The notes: a model not told the origin generated them from the sequence alone. Positions 24,246 through 35,564 are shown, counted from the first letter of the stretch. The stretch: DNA of 64,000 bases from Gammaproteobacteria bacterium (GCA_003331625.1 QOPF01000008.1:1702-65701); one strand, 5' to 3'. Made by a program: numbers and translations.

Positions 24246-24473
24246 ATGGAAGTAGAAGTAGGAAGGTATATAGCAGGAGCGCTGCTTACAGGATTCGGAG
24301 CTTTAGGCGCCGGAATAGGTATAGGAACTTTGACCTCAAAATATATAGAGGCAGTTGCTAGACAGCCCGAGCTTCAAGGACAGCTGTTTGCTCAAGTTCT
24401 TATTGCTTTGGGTTTAACGGATGCGTTGCCAATCATTTCTTTGGCTGTAGGCCTGTTGTTCTTATTCACGTAA
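24246..24473 (+). CDS. atpE: F0F1 ATP synthase subunit c
   Basis: 75-aa two-helix hairpin with the ARQPE loop and a carboxylate in LGLTDALP. Confidence 0.95.
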   Translation: MEVEVGRYIAGALLTGFGALGAGIGIGTLTSKYIEAVARQPELQGQLFAQVLIALGLTDALPIISLAVGLLFLFT

Positions 24474-24477
24474 ACAC

Positions 24478-24948
24478 ATGAATATAAACGCTACGTTTTT
24501 TGCAGAGCTACTGGCTTTTTGCATTTTCGTTTTCATCACATATAGATATATATGGCCAAGCATGGAAAACCTTCTGGAAGACAGAAGAAAAGAGATTTCT
24601 GATGGCCTTGAGGCAGCAAGCCAATCTCAAAGAAAATTAGAAGAAGCAAACACGGAGTCAAGCAAGATTTTAGATGAGGCAAAAGCCGAAGCATCAAATC
24701 TGATAAACCAGGCTGGATCTAGAGGAGACCAAATTTTAGATGAGGCTAAGAACCAAGCGGTAGAGGAACAAAAGAAAATTAAAGCCAGTGCTGAGGCTGA
24801 CATTGAACAAAACATCAACAAAGCAAAAGAAGGGCTTAGACAAGAAGTGTCAGCTCTTGTTATTGCAGGCGCAGAGCAAATCCTTAATAAAGAAGTTGAT
24901 GAAAAAGCCAACAAAGAAATTGTTGAAAAGTTAATTAAGGAGCTTTAA
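24478..24948 (+). CDS. atpF: F0F1 ATP synthase subunit b
   Basis: 156-aa ORF with one N-terminal TM helix followed by a long charged coiled coil, in the expected operon position. Confidence 0.9.
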   Translation: MNINATFFAELLAFCIFVFITYRYIWPSMENLLEDRRKEISDGLEAASQSQRKLEEANTESSKILDEAKAEASNLINQAGSRGDQILDEAKNQAVEEQKKIKASAEADIEQNINKAKEGLRQEVSALVIAGAEQILNKEVDEKANKEIVEKLIKEL

Positions 24949-24951
24949 AGA

Positions 24952-25488
24952 ATGTCTGAATTTTCTACTCAATCACGACCTTATGCTGAAGCCATCTTCG
25001 AAATAGCAAAAGATGATAAGGCTCTAGATGATTGGTCAGAAAATCTAGTCCAAGTTGTAGAAGCTATGGCAGAAGACTCTGTAAAAGCTTTAATAAACTC
25101 ACCTGATCTTTCTCAAAAAAAGAAGACCGAGGTTTTCAACTCTTTATTTGAAGGAGAAATTTCAAAAAAAATAGCGAGCTTTATTCAAGTATTGGGCCAA
25201 GCAAATAGACTCAATCTTTTGCCCAGTATTCTTGAAGGCTTTAAGAGTCTCGTAGCAATAGAGCGTAATGAAAAAAGCGTGGTTGTTGCCTCTTCTTATA
25301 ATTTGGAAGAAGATCAAATGAACAAAATAAAAGAAGCTCTGCAAAAAAGAACGGGCGCCACAATAAATCTAACTGCCGCTGTTGATAAGACGCTAATTGG
25401 CGGCATAAAAATTTCATATGAAGATCAAGTTATTGATCTGTCTTTAAAAAATAAACTCGAAGCTCTCAAGGCTCAATTAAGAAACTAA
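24952..25488 (+). CDS. atpH: F0F1 ATP synthase subunit delta
   Basis: 178-aa ORF with an N-terminal RPYAEAIFE motif, in the expected operon position. Confidence 0.9.
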   Translation: MSEFSTQSRPYAEAIFEIAKDDKALDDWSENLVQVVEAMAEDSVKALINSPDLSQKKKTEVFNSLFEGEISKKIASFIQVLGQANRLNLLPSILEGFKSLVAIERNEKSVVVASSYNLEEDQMNKIKEALQKRTGATINLTAAVDKTLIGGIKISYEDQVIDLSLKNKLEALKAQLRN

Positions 25489-25498
25489 TAGGTGTGAT

Positions 25499-27043
25499 AT
25501 GGATAATTTAAATCCCTCAGAAATAAGCAAAATCATTAAAGAAAGGATAAATAATTTAGAAGTCTCTTCGGATGAATCCAACGAAGGGACAATTGTTTTC
25601 TTGTCAGATGGAATAGCAAGAGTGCACGGTCTCAGCGAGGCAATGTATGGAGAACTAATAGAATTTAAAGGCGGCATTTTTGGCATGGCTTTGAATTTAG
25701 AAAGAGATTCTGTGGGGGTAGTTATTTTTGGTGACTATAAAACTTTGGCAGAAGGCGATACAGCAAAATGTACCGGTAAAATTTTGGAAGTTCCCGTTGG
25801 ACCAGAGCTAGTTGGCAGGGTAGTAGATGCACTCGGAAATCCAATAGATGGCAAGGGCCCCATAAAAAGTAAATTAACTTCGCCAGTAGAGAAAGTAGCG
25901 CCAGGGGTAATGACTCGAAAGCCAGTAGATGAGCCAGTCCAAATAGGCTTGAAAGCAGTTGATAGCATGGTGCCAATTGGCAGAGGTCAGAGAGAACTTA
26001 TTATTGGAGATAGACAAACAGGAAAAACTGCAATTGCCCTTGATGCAATTATCAATCAGAAAGGAACCGGTGTTACCTGCGTTTATGTTGCAGTTGGACA
26101 AAAACAATCTTCAGTAGCAGCTGTTGTTAGGAAGCTTGAAGAATATGGCGCCATGGAGCACACCATTGTTGTTGCAGCAGCAGCAGCAGATCCAGCACCA
26201 ATGTTATTTTTAGCGCCCTATGCAGGTTGCTCAATGGGCGAGTACTTTAGAGACAAAGGGGAAGACGCCTTGATTATTTATGATGATCTTTCAAAACAAG
26301 CGGTTGCTTATCGTCAAATCTCTTTATTGCTTAGAAGACCACCGGGAAGAGAAGCTTATCCTGGAGATATTTTTTATCTTCACTCAAGACTCTTAGAGAG
26401 AGCTTGCAGAGTAAACGAAGAATATGTTTCTGAAGAGACAGACGGAAAGGTTTCTGATAAAACCGGTTCGCTAACAGCCTTGCCTATTATCGAAACACAA
26501 GCAGGTGATGTGTCCGCATTTGTTCCGACAAATGTTATCTCTATTACAGATGGCCAAATATTTTTAGAAACCTCATATTTCAATAAAGGGCTGCTGCCAG
26601 CGATGAATCCAGGAATATCAGTTTCAAGGGTTGGAGGTGCAGCACAAACACCACTTATTAAAAAGTTAGGAGGAGGAGTCAGAATAGCTCTGGCACAATT
26701 TAGAGAACTAGAAGCTTTTGCTCAATTTGCATCTGATCTTGATGATGCTTCAAGAGAGCAACTGGAACTCGGTCAGAAAGTTACAGAGTTAATGAAACAA
26801 AAACAGTATTCGCCAATGTCAGTTTCGCAAATGGGCTTGGTTTTATTTGCTGTTGATAAAGGTTATCTGAAGGATATAGAAATAAATAAGATTGCGGATT
26901 TTGAATCCGCGCTGCTTGCCTATATGGCTTCGGAACACAAAGACTTCATGGAAACTTTAGCCGAAACAGGAGAGTATTCTGACGAAGTGCTTAAAACTTT
27001 TACAGAAGCTCTAGATAAATTTAAATCCACACAAACCTGGTAA
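25499..27043 (+). CDS. atpA: F0F1 ATP synthase subunit alpha
   Basis: 514-aa ORF with Walker A GDRQTGKT. Confidence 0.98.
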   Translation: MDNLNPSEISKIIKERINNLEVSSDESNEGTIVFLSDGIARVHGLSEAMYGELIEFKGGIFGMALNLERDSVGVVIFGDYKTLAEGDTAKCTGKILEVPVGPELVGRVVDALGNPIDGKGPIKSKLTSPVEKVAPGVMTRKPVDEPVQIGLKAVDSMVPIGRGQRELIIGDRQTGKTAIALDAIINQKGTGVTCVYVAVGQKQSSVAAVVRKLEEYGAMEHTIVVAAAAADPAPMLFLAPYAGCSMGEYFRDKGEDALIIYDDLSKQAVAYRQISLLLRRPPGREAYPGDIFYLHSRLLERACRVNEEYVSEETDGKVSDKTGSLTALPIIETQAGDVSAFVPTNVISITDGQIFLETSYFNKGLLPAMNPGISVSRVGGAAQTPLIKKLGGGVRIALAQFRELEAFAQFASDLDDASREQLELGQKVTELMKQKQYSPMSVSQMGLVLFAVDKGYLKDIEINKIADFESALLAYMASEHKDFMETLAETGEYSDEVLKTFTEALDKFKSTQTW

Positions 27044-27050
27044 AAACTAG

Positions 27051-29304
<2,254 letters not shown>

Positions 29305-29307
29305 TTT

Positions 29308-29721
29308 ATGTCTACAATTTTATGCAGCATTGTCAGCGCCGAAAAGGAAATATTTTCCGAAGACGTCGCAATGGTGGTTGCAACCGGCACGATGGGCGAA
29401 CTTGGCATAACGCCAGGCCATACTCAGTTGCTTACCGGCATTAAGCCTGGCCCAGTCAAAGTTGTTAAAGAAAACGGCGAAGAAGAAGTTTTCTTTTTGT
29501 CGGGCGGCTTCATTGAAGTTCAGCCAGATACCATCACTTTATTATCTGATGTAGCTATACGAGCTGAGGATATAGATGAAGAACAAGCGGAGAAAGCTAG
29601 GGAACAAGCTGAAAAAATCCGAGATAATGCAGATTCAGATCTCGATTTTTCAAGAGCTAGAGCAGAACTAGCAGAAGCTGCTGCAAGATTGCAGACTCTT
29701 CGTAAAATGCGAAAGAAATAG
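29308..29721 (+). CDS. atpC: F0F1 ATP synthase subunit epsilon
   Basis: 137-aa ORF with a beta-sandwich N-terminal half and a helical C-terminal half. It is the last gene of the operon. Confidence 0.92.
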   Translation: MSTILCSIVSAEKEIFSEDVAMVVATGTMGELGITPGHTQLLTGIKPGPVKVVKENGEEEVFFLSGGFIEVQPDTITLLSDVAIRAEDIDEEQAEKAREQAEKIRDNADSDLDFSRARAELAEAAARLQTLRKMRKK

Positions 29722-29768
29722 TAAATCTTCCCATTAAAATCTAGAATAAGTCCTTATTTGGGCGATTC

Positions 29769-31115
29769 ATGAAAATTGATGCAATAATTTTAGCCGCTGG
29801 CAAAGGCACCAGAATGAATTCTGCGTTGCCAAAAGTACTCAATAACCTAGCAGGAAAACCACTTTTACAGCATTTACTCGATACCACAAAAGAACTGAGT
29901 AACTGTAAACATCATTTGGTAGTAGGGAATCAACAGGCGCTCGTTAAAAGCTCTGTAAAAACTTCTAAAAATTCTATTTGGGTTTCGCAGTCTAAACAAT
30001 TGGGTACTGGTCATGCAGTTAAACAAACTTTAAAGAATTTACGACCAAACTCCACCGCACTAATTCTCTACGGCGATGTCCCGCTGATAACCAGCAAGAC
30101 AATGAAAAGCTTGATTAATGCGGCTGGGTCTAAAAATTTAGCTTTACTTACTTTTGAGCCACCAAAAGCTAAAGGTTACGGCAGAATTCTTAGAGACTCC
30201 AAAGGAAAAGTCATTGGCATTATCGAAGAGAAAGACGCCACTTCTAAGCAAAAAGCAATCACAGAAGTAAATTCAGGCATCATGGCAATTTCCTCCAACA
30301 ACCTAAAACCACTTATTACAAATCTTAAAAATAAAAATGCAGCCAAAGAGTATTATTTAACAGACATCGTGGAGCTTGCTACGAAGAACCAAATGCTTGT
30401 TAAAAGTGTCAAACCTTCATCCATAGAGGAAGTTTTGGGGGCAAATAATTTGGAAGAGTTAAATACATTAGAGCGCAGCTACCATGTCATGAAAGCCACG
30501 GAGCTGTCGAAGAATGGCGTCAGCTTTAATGATATCAACAGAGTAGACTTTAGAGGTGATATTAAAATACACAAGGGAACAACGATTGATATCAACTGTA
30601 TATTTGAAGGAGCGGTAGAAATCGCTAAAAATTCTAAGATAGGCCCAGGCGTTATCATAAGAAATTCTAAGATAGGAGAGGGAGTCAAAATCGAGGCCTA
30701 TACTCTTATAGAAAATGCTGTGTTAGAAAAAAATGTCTCGGCCGGACCATTCGCTCATATTGGTCCAGAAGCAGTCTTGGCTGAAAATTCAGAAATCGGG
30801 AATTTTGTAGAAATTAAAAGAAGCAAGATCGGCAAAGGCACGAAAGCAAAACATCTGGCTTACATCGGCGATGGGAATGTTGATGAAGGGGTAAACATTG
30901 GCGCTGGAACTATATTTGTAAATTATGACGGCAAGAACAAAAACAAAACCAGCGTAGGAAAAGGAGCTTTTATTGGCTCAAACAGCTCTTTAATTGCACC
31001 TATAAGAATAGGACACAACAGCATGATAGGAGCTGGTTCAGTGGTTACCAAGGATGTGCCTGCTCAGAAATTGGCTTTAGCTAGGTCACGACAGAAAAAT
31101 ATTAGGAAAAAATAA
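29769..31115 (+). CDS. glmU: bifunctional UDP-N-acetylglucosamine pyrophosphorylase / glucosamine-1-phosphate N-acetyltransferase
   Basis: 448-aa ORF with the N-terminal LAAGKGTRM motif and C-terminal hexapeptide (left-handed beta-helix) repeats. Confidence 0.95.
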   Translation: MKIDAIILAAGKGTRMNSALPKVLNNLAGKPLLQHLLDTTKELSNCKHHLVVGNQQALVKSSVKTSKNSIWVSQSKQLGTGHAVKQTLKNLRPNSTALILYGDVPLITSKTMKSLINAAGSKNLALLTFEPPKAKGYGRILRDSKGKVIGIIEEKDATSKQKAITEVNSGIMAISSNNLKPLITNLKNKNAAKEYYLTDIVELATKNQMLVKSVKPSSIEEVLGANNLEELNTLERSYHVMKATELSKNGVSFNDINRVDFRGDIKIHKGTTIDINCIFEGAVEIAKNSKIGPGVIIRNSKIGEGVKIEAYTLIENAVLEKNVSAGPFAHIGPEAVLAENSEIGNFVEIKRSKIGKGTKAKHLAYIGDGNVDEGVNIGAGTIFVNYDGKNKNKTSVGKGAFIGSNSSLIAPIRIGHNSMIGAGSVVTKDVPAQKLALARSRQKNIRKK

Positions 31116-32941
31116 TGTGCGGAATAATTGCAGCGGCAACTGAAAAAAGCGTAGGCAAGCTCCTAGTTCAAGGCTTATACAAAATGGAATATCGTGGCTA
31201 TGATTCTGCCGGCGTAGCTTTGCATCAAGTAAAAGATATTGCGCATCTTAGATCTCTGGGAAAAGTAGAAAAGCTTGAAAGCAAAATGAAGAAACAAAAG
31301 CCAAGAGGAAAAATAGGTATTGCTCATACGAGATGGGCAACTCATGGCAAGCCTTCGGAAGAAAACGCTCATCCCCACGTTTCCAAAGACAGAGTGTTTA
31401 TTGTCCACAACGGGATCATTGAAAACTACATTGAGCTTAAAGAGCAACTTTCAAAAAAAGGTTACGTGTTTGTCTCTCAAACCGATTCGGAGCTTATTGC
31501 ACATCAACTTGATTTTTTTCTAAGTCAAAAACACAACATGTTTGAAGCTATGTCTTTGTTGAAGAAAAAATTACAAGGAGCTTTTGCTATCGCTGCAATC
31601 GATCAAAGCGATGATTCACATTTCTACTTAATGAGAAATAAATCACCATTGCTTTTGGGTATTTCAGAGGAAGGAATGTTTGCTGCTTCTGACCCGCTTG
31701 CTTTGGTGGACATCACCAATGAATTTGTTTTTCTTGAAGACGGCGATGTCGTCGAGGCATCTGCCAGTGAATATAAAATTTTTGATGAAAACGAAAAAAG
31801 AGCCATCCGAAAGATTACCAAGTTGAATATTTCTAGCGAAGCCATGAGCAAAAATGGTTATCGACATTTTATGGAAAAAGAAATCTATGAGCAGCCAACA
31901 GCAATTTTAAATACTTTGGATGGCAGAATAGGCGGCGAAGATGTTTTAGAAAATATATTTGGGGAAGGTTCAAATGATTTGTTAAGCAACGTTGAAAGAA
32001 TTCAAATTGTAGCAGCTGGAACCAGTCTTCATGCAGGAAGGGTTGCTGCTAATTGGTTCTCAGCTATTGCCCAAATACCTACTCAAATAGACTATGCGAG
32101 CGAGTACCGTTATAAAAACCCTTACGTAGACAAAAACACTTTGTTTCTAACAATTTCTCAGTCGGGCGAAACAGCAGATACTTTAGGCGCCTTGCATTAT
32201 GCCAAAGAAAGAGACTACTTAGGCTCTCTAACAATTTGCAACGTACCCACTAGTTCCTTGGCAAGGGAATCAGATTTTATGTTGCTAACCAATGCTGGTC
32301 CTGAGATTGGCGTGGCCTCCACCAAAGCTTTTACGACACAGCTAGCCGCCTTGATGTTGTTAGCCTTATCGCTGGCAAAGGCCAGAAATTTAAATCCTAA
32401 ACTAAGGACCCGAGTTGTATCTGCGCTGCGCTCTTTGCCAGAAATTATTTCTGAATCGTTAAATTTAAAACCCAAAATTATTCGCATAGCTAAGGAAGTT
32501 GCTAAAAAAGACAACGCTTTATTTTTAGGTCGAGGTATTTTTTATCCAATTGCACAAGAGGGCTCTTTAAAGCTTAAAGAAATTTCTTACATTCATGCTG
32601 AGGCATATCCTGCAGGAGAACTTAAACATGGACCCTTGGCGCTTATTGATAAAGACATGCCCGTTATCGCCTTGGCGCCAGAAAATGAATTAGCAGAAAA
32701 ACTTATTTCTAATCTAGAAGAAGTTAAAGCCAGAGGCGGGAAACTTTTCGTAATAGGTAACGCTGCAGGCAATATGACATTAAAACCAAAAAATTTAATA
32801 AACTTACCGGAGTGCGATTTCTTACTAACGCCAATTCTCTACACCATTCCTTTGCAAATTCTTTCCTACGAGGTCGCTTTATTAAGGGGAACCGATATTG
32901 ATCAACCAAGAAACTTAGCGAAGTCTGTCACTGTAGAGTAG
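31115..32941 (+). CDS. glmS: glutamine--fructose-6-phosphate aminotransferase
   Basis: 608-aa ORF with an N-terminal MCGI nucleophile, two SIS domains and a C-terminal AKSVTVE. It overlaps glmU by 1 nt. Confidence 0.97.
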   Translation: MCGIIAAATEKSVGKLLVQGLYKMEYRGYDSAGVALHQVKDIAHLRSLGKVEKLESKMKKQKPRGKIGIAHTRWATHGKPSEENAHPHVSKDRVFIVHNGIIENYIELKEQLSKKGYVFVSQTDSELIAHQLDFFLSQKHNMFEAMSLLKKKLQGAFAIAAIDQSDDSHFYLMRNKSPLLLGISEEGMFAASDPLALVDITNEFVFLEDGDVVEASASEYKIFDENEKRAIRKITKLNISSEAMSKNGYRHFMEKEIYEQPTAILNTLDGRIGGEDVLENIFGEGSNDLLSNVERIQIVAAGTSLHAGRVAANWFSAIAQIPTQIDYASEYRYKNPYVDKNTLFLTISQSGETADTLGALHYAKERDYLGSLTICNVPTSSLARESDFMLLTNAGPEIGVASTKAFTTQLAALMLLALSLAKARNLNPKLRTRVVSALRSLPEIISESLNLKPKIIRIAKEVAKKDNALFLGRGIFYPIAQEGSLKLKEISYIHAEAYPAGELKHGPLALIDKDMPVIALAPENELAEKLISNLEEVKARGGKLFVIGNAAGNMTLKPKNLINLPECDFLLTPILYTIPLQILSYEVALLRGTDIDQPRNLAKSVTVE

Positions 32942-32959
32942 TTTTGGGGGTAGGTGTTT
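32941..32959. repeat. left 19-bp terminal inverted repeat (IR-L), beginning with the last base of the glmS stop codon
   Basis: GTTTTGGGGGTAGGTGTTT is the exact reverse complement of 33737-33755. Confidence 0.95.
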
Positions 32960-33008
32960 TAACTGCTTATTTCTTTAATAAATTTTGTATTCGATTTATT
33001 ATTGATTG

Positions 33009-33728
33009 ATGAAATCAATAACAAGTCAATTACTAATAATTCTTTTATCTTCTTCTCTGATATCTTTTTCAGAAAATTTAAAGACTGATGAAAACTTTTC
33101 TAAAGGTCTTTCAAAAATCATTATTGCAAGAACTTGTAAGTTTCCTACCTCAGCATATACGATAAATTTTTATATAAATGACAACGAACAGTTAGCAAAA
33201 CTTAAATGCAATCTGCCTAAAAAACTACTTTCGTTTGAACATGAACTTAATCCTGGAGAACATAATTTAAAAATAAATTATTTAACTGGATTAGGTAAAA
33301 ACAGAAAAGTTTTAGTGGATTATCAGGGAAATAGTTGGGAAGCAGAAAAAAAGGTAAATTTATCTCAAGGTCAAACTAGATATTTCGTTGCAAGATGGTT
33401 TCAAGACCAAAGAAGCGGAGCAGGAAATGCTTTTGGACTTATAGGAGCAGCAATAGAGCAGGCAGTTGAAGGAGTTTCTAGAGAAGGATTGTTTTTTGAA
33501 GAACAAAGTGCAGATTGTGTAATTAAAAATAAAGGAAAAAATTGCTTACCTTTCGAAAAACCCCAAGTCATCTCTACGCCTATTCAAAATATAACAAAAG
33601 AAAATGTTATGGATAGCACAGCACTTTCTGTTGAAGAGCAATTAGTAAAATTAAAAAAATTATTCGATGCCGGTTTAATCTCTAAAGAAGTCTATGAGGC
33701 AAAACAAAAGGATTTATTAGGTTTGTGA
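33009..33728 (+). CDS. secreted protein with C-terminal SHOCT-like motif (cargo of the cassette)
   Basis: The track ORF starts at TTG 33006 and ATG 33009 is the likely start. It has a signal peptide (KSITSQLLIILLSSSLISFS), a beta-rich middle (PGEHNLKINY), a Gly/Ala hydrophobic stretch SGAGNAFGLIGAAIEQAV and a C-terminal EEQLVKLKKLFDAGLISKEVYEAKQKDLLGL resembling SHOCT. Confidence 0.6.
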   Translation: MKSITSQLLIILLSSSLISFSENLKTDENFSKGLSKIIIARTCKFPTSAYTINFYINDNEQLAKLKCNLPKKLLSFEHELNPGEHNLKINYLTGLGKNRKVLVDYQGNSWEAEKKVNLSQGQTRYFVARWFQDQRSGAGNAFGLIGAAIEQAVEGVSREGLFFEEQSADCVIKNKGKNCLPFEKPQVISTPIQNITKENVMDSTALSVEEQLVKLKKLFDAGLISKEVYEAKQKDLLGL

Positions 33729-33736
33729 ATTCTTAT

Positions 33737-33755
33737 AAACACCTACCCCCAAAAC
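33737..33755. repeat. right 19-bp terminal inverted repeat (IR-R)
   Basis: AAACACCTACCCCCAAAAC is the exact reverse complement of 32941-32959. Confidence 0.95.
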
Positions 33756-33776
33756 AAGTCAGTCACGGTGGAGTAA
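33756..33776 (+). repeat. relic second copy of the glmS 3' terminus (KSVTVE-stop)
   Basis: AAGTCAGTCACGGTGGAGTAA compared with the functional AAGTCTGTCACTGTAGAGTAG at 32921-32941. There are 4 differences, all at third codon positions or the stop (TAG vs TAA), so the encoded peptide is identical. Confidence 0.8.
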
Positions 33777-33902
33777 GTCAGAGTAGTGATCTAACATCAC
33801 TGCAAAAACATCAATAGATGTACTCTTTGAATTTAGCAATTCAATAATCTTTTTTCTTAATATTTAATTTCAAAATTCTTTTAGTTGATATAGGGTTAGA
33901 AT

Positions 33903-34085
33903 ATGAAAAAACTAACACTTTTAATACTCCTTACTGCTTTGGTTGGTTGTTCGAAATACAGTTCTTATGATGATTGTTATGAGAAAAATATGTCTAAGAT
34001 GGACGAAGATCTAAAGTTGGTAATACATGAACATGAAAATTTTATCTCTGCTGTTGAAGGTTTGTGTGAAGAATATAAAGACTAA
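33903..34085 (+). CDS. small putative lipoprotein
   Basis: 60-aa ORF with a signal peptide and lipobox (LLTALVGC), followed by an acidic Cys-containing mature part. Confidence 0.5.
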   Translation: MKKLTLLILLTALVGCSKYSSYDDCYEKNMSKMDEDLKLVIHEHENFISAVEGLCEEYKD

Positions 34086-34361
34086 TGAAAAACCTATTTT
34101 TCATAGTTTTATAAAAGTTTCCACAAAGGGTTACAGTGCGTCGTTCTAAGGCACCATTTTTTATTTTCTCAGCAATGGCAACCCCATCTTCGACACCTAA
34201 AGAATCATTCTGAAAAGCACTTACTAAACCTTCTAAATCCATTTTTCTCCCTTCTGTAAAACTGAATTCATATTACTATAAAGGTTTTTAATTATTAAAA
34301 GACGTTTAATAAGGAATAAAAAGAATTACAATAAATATAATAACTTTTTTAGAAATATCAC

Positions 34362-35564
34362 ATGGCAGAAAAAAAAGATAATAAAACGGCTGTTTCAGAG
34401 CTGCCCAAGGTAGATTGGCTTGATCGGGAGTCAGATCCATCAAAGTTTTTTAAAGATCTTTCTTATGCCTTATCAGAATTTGGATTCATGGTTTTAACCA
34501 ATGCTCCAGGCTTTTCTAATGATTTTCAACAAGAAGCTTTTCAAGAAGTTCGTGGTTTTTTTGACTCACCAAAAGAAACAAAGAAAACCGCATACATTGC
34601 CAAGACTCCATATTTTCGCGGCTATAGTTATCCAACTCCAGCTGATAGTGGCTTTGGACAGGTTATTGAAGCTTTTCAGTATGGTTTTGAGCAGGAACCA
34701 CTATGTCATCACGACGATAAAACACAGCCGATACACCGAAGACTTTTCCGCGGCCCCAATACTTGGCCAGACGCTAAATCTCTTCCAAGATTTCGACCTT
34801 TGATTGACGATTTGAATGGACGCTATCACCGTCTAACCCACTTACTTGGTGAGGCGATTGTGGAGTCTTTAGGAGAGGATATCTCAGCATTTCATGAGTA
34901 TTTTGATTTTGAAGATCCTGATTTGGCTGCGAGCCTTAATCACAACTTCAGCTTAGATGCTTTCGCAGAAAAAGATCGAGAAAAAGTCAAACAGGAGTAT
35001 AAAAAATTTGAAAGTCAGAGAGTTGGAGCTCACATTGATGGACCCCCTTTCATAGCCTTGCTCATAAACGACCGTCCGGGCTTGCAAGTAGTCGCGGCGG
35101 AAGGAGGATGGATTGATGCTCCAGTAACATGCCAAACAGCGCCTGGTAATTATGATGTGCCGGTAATTCCTGGCTCAGTTATAGTAAATACCGGCGGGAC
35201 GTTAATGCATCTAAGCGAAGGTCGTTATTCTGCAACTTTGCATCGAGTGAATACTACATTGATTCCAGAAGGCGAAACACGAGTTTCTATGCCTTATTTT
35301 CTTATACCTAAAATGGAAGGCGACTTGATACCTTTTGGAAAAGCTGAGGCTGAATCTCAAGGCGCTGCAGGCTATGAATCTGGGCGAGATCGAGGAGCAA
35401 ATGCAAGTGTAAACAGGATGGGAACTTTCCCACAGGTAACCAAACGTTGGTGGGTAGAAGAGTTTGCTGAATTAAGTCAAAAACATCGTGATGAAGTTAA
35501 AGCTGAAACACAAGCTGCATTAAAGCTCGCTAAAGAACGTGGCGAACGTTTTAAAGCTAACTAG
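34362..35564 (+). CDS. 2-oxoglutarate/Fe(II)-dependent oxygenase (isopenicillin-N-synthase-like family) with C-terminal extension
   Basis: 400-aa ORF with the facial triad H-x-D (GAHIDG) and distal His (ATLHRV), plus the RVSMPYF 2OG-binding Arg-x-Ser. It is visibly more GC-rich than its neighbours. Confidence 0.8.
   Translation: MAEKKDNKTAVSELPKVDWLDRESDPSKFFKDLSYALSEFGFMVLTNAPGFSNDFQQEAFQEVRGFFDSPKETKKTAYIAKTPYFRGYSYPTPADSGFGQVIEAFQYGFEQEPLCHHDDKTQPIHRRLFRGPNTWPDAKSLPRFRPLIDDLNGRYHRLTHLLGEAIVESLGEDISAFHEYFDFEDPDLAASLNHNFSLDAFAEKDREKVKQEYKKFESQRVGAHIDGPPFIALLINDRPGLQVVAAEGGWIDAPVTCQTAPGNYDVPVIPGSVIVNTGGTLMHLSEGRYSATLHRVNTTLIPEGETRVSMPYFLIPKMEGDLIPFGKAEAESQGAAGYESGRDRGANASVNRMGTFPQVTKRWWVEEFAELSQKHRDEVKAETQAALKLAKERGERFKAN

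Larger units (their letters stand above)
32941..33755. mobile_element. 815-bp IR-bounded single-gene cassette inserted at the glmS 3' end (non-autonomous; mechanism unknown)
   Basis: It has perfect 19-bp terminal inverted repeats and is flanked by two 21-nt copies of the glmS tail (32921-32941 and 33756-33776). It carries one ORF and no recombinase. Confidence 0.4.

Noticed and set aside
32942-32950. TTTTGGGGG resembling the ciliate telomere repeat, or a G-quadruplex
   Set aside because: There is a single G-run with no tandem repetition, so there are not enough G-tracts for a quadruplex. I regard it as a coincidental part of the inverted repeat.
32941-33755. Tn7 or Tn7-like/CAST insertion at attTn7, or an integron cassette with attC
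   Set aside because: No tnsABCDE, cas or integrase genes are present. The ends are not TGT...ACA with Tn7 end repeats, and the insertion is at the stop codon rather than about 23 bp downstream with a 5-bp duplication. The IRs are 800 bp apart and do not fit RYYYAAC/GTTRRRY attC cores.
34042-34242. 66-aa minus-strand ORF as a functional gene
   Set aside because: The C-terminal third overlaps the lipoprotein gene and looks like random read-through. Only the first roughly 40 codons look protein-like. I report it as a possible gene remnant in the findings rather than as a feature.
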